IMG/VR virus record: IMGVR_UViG_3300009181_000033
Span: 124,001-188,000 of that record
Length of the DNA: 64,000 nt
Strand: one strand, 5' to 3'
The notes below the pieces were generated by a model. It saw only the letters and a list, made by a program, of their open reading frames with translations. It searched no databases and was not told where the DNA came from. The position numbers were made by a program, and so were the translations under genes. Shown piece after piece: positions 58,280 to 64,000 of the stretch. Positions within the stretch are counted from its first letter, which is position 1. Every line of letters starts with the position of its first letter.

Positions 58280-60029
58280 AGAGAAAGAGGTAAGGTAGTT
58301 CGAGGTTCATTTCCTGAGCCTTGTCAAATTCAAACTTAAAGCTATCAAGAACACTGTCAATTGCGTAAACAATCGGACGACCGTGGGCATTGAAGCTAGT
58401 GTTAATTAGCGCCTTAGATTTCGGATAGATCTTGGAGAGCACCTCGAACATAAATGTATCGTTCGATGTTACTCTCTGGGGGCGACCTGACCAAACCTCT
58501 CTGTTAGGATATTTATGTGCAATGCCTCCATAGTTCTCAAGATCAGGATTTAAATAGTTATAGGTCAGGATCATATACTTGTCTGAGCCTACCACTCTCT
58601 TTGAAATGTCTTTGTCAAAGAATTCATCAATCGCTGAATCCAACATAACAGGGGCCATAGGCATAACGGTGTCTCTCTCATTTAGATCATTGATGATCAT
58701 AACGTTAGTTGTCGTTGGAATGGAAAGAGTGGTCGTGCTGCAAAGAGCCCGAGGGCCAAATTCCATCCTGGACTTGACAACGTTGACAAGTTTGTTCCTG
58801 GAGACCAAATCGACCGTATCATCAATCGCTGTTGATCTTTGGTTGGAAGAATAATGCCTAATATGACTACCGTATTTCTTTAAATCACTTGGAGAAATAC
58901 AACTATCCCAATCAGCGAACTCTGGTCGAGGGCCCCACTTAAGGTCTCCCCATTTAAATCCGCCAACAAAAGCCTCGTACATTCCCATTCCGCAACCCTG
59001 GTCACCTGCCAGGGGGACAACTGAAAACACTCCGGAAGTAGAATTTAGAACCTTGTTGTTGAGCTTCACATTGTAGAAAATTCCACCAGAAAGAGCCACG
59101 TGTTTCATGTTGTTGGCACTGACGATCTTCGCCAGGACACCTTCAATCACCTCTTGAATGTAATGACCAATTGCGATCCTAACATCACGACCAGTGATGC
59201 TCGGGGCCACCTTGGATAGAACGTCGGCGTAATGCTCATTCCATGACTGCTTTACAGTCTTGAGATAATCGATGTTGGCGAGGCCGTCAGTCTTCCAATT
59301 CTCCGGACGACCATCTGGTTTCGCCTGCATTGTATCGAACATCTCTTGAGACTTCTTTACAGCAAGGCTCCGGAGCAAATCAATTTGTGTTGAATCCAAT
59401 AGCTGTGAAACATGTGTCTCATAGCCAAGGAACTTATACTCATCCTGGTTCTCCTTCATCCCACAGAAGGAGGTCGCAAACTGATACATCAGGCCAAGTG
59501 AATACTGATATCCGTAATATCTGTTGACCAGCTGGGGAACTGTGCCGAGAGAATCGGTGCTATAGACACTAATGACTTCCTGTGAATTGCCAAATCCATC
59601 TGCAGCGATGATGTGAAACTTATCATAACTTACAACCTGAGATGAATGTTTAGAAACATCCCACTGATCTCTCATGAAGGAAAGAGCTGACATGGCATGT
59701 GCGTCGTGATGAGTGAAGTCCTCGCCCAAGTGAACTGTCTTTAGAGAATATTTGACCACGAGAGAATCAAAGTGTTGCTTGTCAAAGTACTTGCTGGTCT
59801 CTGTGTGGAAATCAAACTTATCGAACCAATGAGAAACAAAAATATAGCTGCCTGGCTCGATCTTAACGTGCTTCTCGATCTCATCCAAAGAAAGACGAGG
59901 ATATGCGCTGGAAGATTTAATGCGATTGATTCGCTCCTCTTCATAACCGATGACAGTCTTGTCACCATCGAAATAAACAGCAGAAGAGTTGTGCCCGAGA
60001 GTAATCATTAATGCAGACTTTTTGTTCAT
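58263..60029 (-). CDS. NodU/CmcH-family O-carbamoyltransferase
   Basis: GHNSSA, EEERINRIK, HHDAHA, DGFG, SLGLMY, EYKFLG, GDQG, EFGPRAL, MPMAP, NTSFNAHG. Confidence 0.93.
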   Translation of the reverse strand: MNKKSALMITLGHNSSAVYFDGDKTVIGYEEERINRIKSSSAYPRLSLDEIEKHVKIEPGSYIFVSHWFDKFDFHTETSKYFDKQHFDSLVVKYSLKTVHLGEDFTHHDAHAMSALSFMRDQWDVSKHSSQVVSYDKFHIIAADGFGNSQEVISVYSTDSLGTVPQLVNRYYGYQYSLGLMYQFATSFCGMKENQDEYKFLGYETHVSQLLDSTQIDLLRSLAVKKSQEMFDTMQAKPDGRPENWKTDGLANIDYLKTVKQSWNEHYADVLSKVAPSITGRDVRIAIGHYIQEVIEGVLAKIVSANNMKHVALSGGIFYNVKLNNKVLNSTSGVFSVVPLAGDQGCGMGMYEAFVGGFKWGDLKWGPRPEFADWDSCISPSDLKKYGSHIRHYSSNQRSTAIDDTVDLVSRNKLVNVVKSRMEFGPRALCSTTTLSIPTTTNVMIINDLNERDTVMPMAPVMLDSAIDEFFDKDISKRVVGSDKYMILTYNYLNPDLENYGGIAHKYPNREVWSGRPQRVTSNDTFMFEVLSKIYPKSKALINTSFNAHGRPIVYAIDSVLDSFKFEFDKAQEMNLELPYLFLCDFDG

Positions 60030-60094
60030 AGATTCTCCAGAAGATTTTTATCTTACACCTGTATCAGTAACTTGTCTCTCAAAAAATGGACAAA

Positions 60095-60574
60095 TTATTT
60101 TCGCCTTTTGTATTCAGAAATAACGAATTCCAAATTCTGTTCGTTGGGCTCAATGATGAATTTGTCAATATTCAAAGTGGGATAGATCTCACGATATGCC
60201 ACCTTCACCTTTTCATTCTGTTCCTTCGTAACTGTCTCTTCCCTGCCAATCCAAGGTCGATTGAGCTCGAGCAAGATCATGAAGTACCCTAGATCAGAGA
60301 ATTTGCTCTCAATTTTGTCCTTGATTTCTGTGGTGATGTTGTTTCTCGAAAAGACCTTGCCATAGGACAGCTCGGAAATGTAAGAGCGATCGAAAACAAA
60401 CGGTCCACCTCGCTGGTCGATATCAACGAAATATCCGTTGAAATAATCATAATCCTTGGCAGCCGGTCCGTAATGAATCACCTCAATCCCTAGGCGCTCC
60501 TGCAGCTTCTTGCAGAAAGTCGTCTTGCCCTGCTGTTCAGCTCCCTCAACAATAATTCCACCTGTCTTCATCAT
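60095..60574 (-). CDS. Thymidylate-kinase-like dNMP kinase
   Basis: IVEGAEQQGKTT P-loop, FDRSYISELSYG. Confidence 0.8.
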   Translation of the reverse strand: MMKTGGIIVEGAEQQGKTTFCKKLQERLGIEVIHYGPAAKDYDYFNGYFVDIDQRGGPFVFDRSYISELSYGKVFSRNNITTEIKDKIESKFSDLGYFMILLELNRPWIGREETVTKEQNEKVKVAYREIYPTLNIDKFIIEPNEQNLEFVISEYKRRK

Positions 60575-63500
60575 TCCTCCTCTAGGATCTTAATCTTGCT
60601 CATGAAGGTTTTGCACCCGTAAGAATCAATGGTGATCTCAGAGATACAAACCGAATATTCCGGGAACTCCTTCTTCCCATCCCATCCCCAACAAAACACT
60701 CTCTTTAGCTGTCCAGATGGGCCAGAAGCATCCAGAATCAAATAAGGCTTGCCATTCTTCGTTTCTTTTTTCTTGGCATTAAGAACGACAAACCAGCAAA
60801 TGTCGCTGGCCTCGATCTCGTCAATCGGCCTGATGTTTTTCTCGTTGAATTTCCTCAAGATGTAATCGGGAACAAGGGAGATTGGGTTGAATGTGCTGAG
60901 GAACTTCGTGCAGTTACTGACGAACTCTTTTCTCGTCCAATCTTCCATGTCCTCAGTCGAGAGAAGGAGGTCCCTGAAGGCCTCCATTCCAGCAAATGGA
61001 TTCTTCTTGGTCGACTTCTTAATATCGTTGCTCTTGTTAATCAGGATCTCGTGCATCTGTTTGTAGCTACTAAAGGTCTTGCCAGGACCAACGGAGTCGA
61101 GAGAATCGAAAGCCTTGATTGAAATCAGGGCCTCGAGGCCTCGCTTATTAAACTTGGAGTGCCTCCACGTGCCATCCTCTGTCCAGAGGAGTTGTTCAAT
61201 TGACTCGTAAGGTCGATTCTCGATAATCTCCTCGATAGCCGATGAACCGACGCCTTTGCAGGAAAGGAAACTCGGCATGAATCTCTTTCCGTCGAGGATT
61301 GTCCATGAGGCTGTGGCGTGATTGATGTCAATGGGAACAATCTTATATCCAAGGGCCTTAACCTCAGAGAAAGCCTTTGTTCGTTTGTCATCGCTGTCCG
61401 ACATGGACTCGAGATAAGCACAGAGCCACTCCTCCTCGAAGTAAGTCAGGAGCCATGCACAATAGTAGGAATCGATAGCGTAAGAGAAGGCATGTGCAGA
61501 ATTAAAGCCGTAACCGGCGAAGAACAAAATCTTTTCATAAAGATCGTCTGCAACTTTTTCAGGCACTCCGTTCTTAATGGCCCCAGCGACAAAGTCCACC
61601 TTCGTTTTCTTGGCTTCCTCAACACCCTTCGCACCATCCTTGGCAGTCGTCTTCTTCATGATGTTTCGTCGGATGGTGTCCGTCTCTGTCTCAGGGAAAC
61701 CAGCCACAACAGAGCACAATTTCATTACCGATTCCTGGAAAATGATGCAACCAAAGCTTGGCTCGAGAACCTGCTTGATCAGTGGATGCTGATAATCGAT
61801 CTTGTCAGGATTTGCCTTGGCGTCCAAATACAACTTGTCGACGTTTGCGGCCAAGGGACCGGGACGATAGATTGAAGTCAATGTTGCAATGTCGAGGATG
61901 CTCCTCGGCTTTGCCTTCATGAATAGTCTCTGTGCACCGGCGTTGGCGAGCTGGAAGATGCCGGCGAATCGACCTTCGTGGTACACGTACTCATAGACCT
62001 TCTGGTCGTTTAGGTCGATGTTCTTCGGATCCATGTGCTTATCAAACCAAGCACGAACCTGTGCGAAAGTCGGATTCTCGATACCTTCACGGCGCTGGAG
62101 GATGAGCGAAATGCATCGCTCAATAATCCTCAAGGTTTCAAGGCCAAGGAGGTCGAACTTAATCCAACCGAGCTCCTCAAGGTGCTTGGCAGCCATGCCT
62201 TCGGCCCATGGAGTCTGAGGCTCGCCCCTCGCAAGAATCAGAGGCATCCTTTCTGCGATGTTTTCAGAAACAATGACTCCTCCAGCATGGCGACCCAAGG
62301 ACCTGTTCTGTCGAAAGAGAATCTTGATGGGATCGGCAACCTCGGGATGAGCCGCAATGAAGTTCTGGAGGGACTTCGAATATTGAATGGCGTCCTCGTA
62401 AGAGAGGACGAAGCTGTTCTTGTCATGTCCTGGCTTGAAGATGACCTTTTTGACATCATCCTCGATCGGTGCCATGGCAGCGTTGACCTCCTCGAATGGA
62501 ATTCCATAGAACTTAGAAATGTCCTTGATGAGGCTCTTCAGCTTGAAGGTGTTGTAATTGGAGATCGGAATGACATTCTCGTTGCCAAAGTTCTTTCGGA
62601 GCAACTCAATCAACCTGTCTCGGTCGGAGATATCACTATCGATATCAGGGAATCCTGAATTGTGTGTCAGCGTCCAATTTGTTCCTGATGTAGAAACCCA
62701 AAAAGTGTGATCTTCATCAACTTCAATGTCAATCAAATTGACATCATTCTCATGATCAATGATCTCGATCTTGTTGATCTTTGTAGGCTCTTGTTGAACA
62801 AAGAAATTATCCATTGGCAGTATGTGCTGTGCTTGAACTTCAATTTGTTTGCCTTCCCTTAGGACTAACCAAATATGATTTGGTGAACATTCGAAAATAT
62901 TAGAGCTCACATGAAGTCTGTATGTTTTCTTAGAGTTAGAATTAAATTTCTTTTTGATTTTTCGAGGAACTAAAGAACCCCCAACAACAACATCACCTTC
63001 AACTAGCTCTTCGATTTTTTTATGCCCGCTCGGTGTTTTCACCAAAGTCCCAGGCAAAAGACATCGATGGGGATTCATGAATCTCTCGAAAGGAAGATCA
63101 TATTCGATAGGATCGAGGTTGGTAATGCCAAGGACGTATGCAACGAGAGCACCAGCAGCAGAGCCACGACCAGGACCAATCAACATGTTTTCCCTGGCGA
63201 TGTCGAGAATCTTTTTCATGGTCAAGAAGTAATTGGAGAACTTCTTGTCCTTGATGATCTTCAGCTCGTACTTGAGTCGATCGATGTATTCCTGCTTGTC
63301 CTCCAAACCTCGCCAAACAAGACCCTTCTTGCAAGCCTCGACTAGAGCCTTGTCTTCAGTTAGTCCCTCAGGAATGGCATAGGAAGGCAGCTTCATGGAT
63401 CGATCAGGGTGTGCCTCCTGCAGCTCATTATGAACGATGTCGTGTGTCCTCTCGATTGCATCACAAACAATCGTATCATCATAGAAGGACATTCCTTCTG

Positions 63501-63999
63501 TTGTCTTACGATAGGTGTCCCAAAGCTGTGTGGCATTCTTGGGATAAAGCTCACACTTTAGATCTTCTACGGTTTGAGGAAGATCCTTGGGATTGAAACT
63601 CTGATAGTTCAACCACCCAAGCTTCTTATAGATCTCCCTCTCCCGCCAGTGCTCAGGTCGAGAATAGTGAGAGTCACAAGTGACAACAAGGCGGTCAGTC
63701 AAGGAATTTCGCTTGGCAAATTCGATGATCGCGCGGTTGGCAAGGTGCTGCGCTGACAGCTTGTTAAACTGAATCTCGAGACAGACGTTTTCCTTACCAA
63801 CCGCATCAGAGAGTCGATCGTAGGTGTTGCCCATGGAATTGAGCACCTTTTCCATGAGAGACTGATCGTTGAGCAAGTCATGCTTCAGATCATCGAATGG
63901 AATCTTCTGGAGCTGCTCAAAGATATCGTAACAAAGTGGGCCACCAAGGCATGCTGTGCTCACCATAAGGTGGCCACCCTTGGCAGCTTCCTTCAACAT
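60571..63999 (-). CDS. dnaE: DNA polymerase III alpha subunit (5' end outside the window) containing an intein
   Basis: TACLGG, DSHY, GPGRGSAAG, FERF, PDIDSD, GRHAGG, KFDLLGL, GYGFNSAHA. Confidence 0.96.
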   Translation of the reverse strand: MLKEAAKGGHLMVSTACLGGPLCYDIFEQLQKIPFDDLKHDLLNDQSLMEKVLNSMGNTYDRLSDAVGKENVCLEIQFNKLSAQHLANRAIIEFAKRNSLTDRLVVTCDSHYSRPEHWREREIYKKLGWLNYQSFNPKDLPQTVEDLKCELYPKNATQLWDTYRKTTEGMSFYDDTIVCDAIERTHDIVHNELQEAHPDRSMKLPSYAIPEGLTEDKALVEACKKGLVWRGLEDKQEYIDRLKYELKIIKDKKFSNYFLTMKKILDIARENMLIGPGRGSAAGALVAYVLGITNLDPIEYDLPFERFMNPHRCLLPGTLVKTPSGHKKIEELVEGDVVVGGSLVPRKIKKKFNSNSKKTYRLHVSSNIFECSPNHIWLVLREGKQIEVQAQHILPMDNFFVQQEPTKINKIEIIDHENDVNLIDIEVDEDHTFWVSTSGTNWTLTHNSGFPDIDSDISDRDRLIELLRKNFGNENVIPISNYNTFKLKSLIKDISKFYGIPFEEVNAAMAPIEDDVKKVIFKPGHDKNSFVLSYEDAIQYSKSLQNFIAAHPEVADPIKILFRQNRSLGRHAGGVIVSENIAERMPLILARGEPQTPWAEGMAAKHLEELGWIKFDLLGLETLRIIERCISLILQRREGIENPTFAQVRAWFDKHMDPKNIDLNDQKVYEYVYHEGRFAGIFQLANAGAQRLFMKAKPRSILDIATLTSIYRPGPLAANVDKLYLDAKANPDKIDYQHPLIKQVLEPSFGCIIFQESVMKLCSVVAGFPETETDTIRRNIMKKTTAKDGAKGVEEAKKTKVDFVAGAIKNGVPEKVADDLYEKILFFAGYGFNSAHAFSYAIDSYYCAWLLTYFEEEWLCAYLESMSDSDDKRTKAFSEVKALGYKIVPIDINHATASWTILDGKRFMPSFLSCKGVGSSAIEEIIENRPYESIEQLLWTEDGTWRHSKFNKRGLEALISIKAFDSLDSVGPGKTFSSYKQMHEILINKSNDIKKSTKKNPFAGMEAFRDLLLSTEDMEDWTRKEFVSNCTKFLSTFNPISLVPDYILRKFNEKNIRPIDEIEASDICWFVVLNAKKKETKNGKPYLILDASGPSGQLKRVFCWGWDGKKEFPEYSVCISEITIDSYGCKTFMSKIKILEEE
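62659..63063 (-). mobile_element. Mini-intein (135 aa, no homing endonuclease)
   Basis: Starts CLLPGTLV, block B CSPNH, ends DIEVDEDHTF...LTHN/S; removal restores FMNPHR-SGFPDID. Confidence 0.92.
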
Positions 64000-64000
64000 G

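Noticed and set aside
1-64000. Genome-wide stop-codon reassignment
   Set aside because: The two internal stops differ (TGA, TAA), both codons end many conserved genes at expected lengths, including ATGA overlaps, and the standard code gives dense coding.
1-64000. Eukaryotic giant virus or bacterial chromosome origin
   Set aside because: DnaE, IF-1, Shine-Dalgarno sites and intrinsic terminators indicate a bacterial system. The isolated housekeeping genes among virion-type and orphan genes indicate a phage.

Overview
This window looks like part of a large (jumbo-type) tailed bacteriophage genome. It is gene-dense with frequent strand switches, bacterial Shine-Dalgarno sites and intrinsic terminators, and I saw no tRNA, rRNA or CRISPR. 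1-20 kb: virion/fibre genes (collagen-like, autotransporter-repeat and YadA-like adhesins) and a complete two-component signalling cassette. 20-43 kb: host-takeover, repair and auxiliary genes (IF-1, GroEL, UvdE, Nei-like and MBD4-like glycosylases, TrmH, YeaH-SpoVR-PrkA, ClpP, UDP-sugar pyrophosphorylase, flap nuclease, PolX). 43-55 kb: mostly hypothetical proteins, many sharing a short amphipathic tag ending in (L/I)-x-E. 55-64 kb: a nucleotide-modification/replication operon (dCMP deaminase, thymidine kinase, NDP-sugar epimerase, two thymidylate-synthase-fold proteins with the cytosine-type Asp, carbamoyltransferase, dNMP kinase, DnaE with a mini-intein). The most notable observations are: (i) this probable cytosine hypermodification pathway; (ii) a candidate capsid-targeting/protease-cleavage tag on about 14 proteins, several of them enzymes; (iii) two promoter classes that partition by gene function, one placing the -10 box exactly 6 nt before ATG (leaderless mRNAs); (iv) an ATC start codon on the Nei glycosylase; (v) two genes interrupted by single in-frame stops. 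All product calls come from motif recognition by eye, not database searches.
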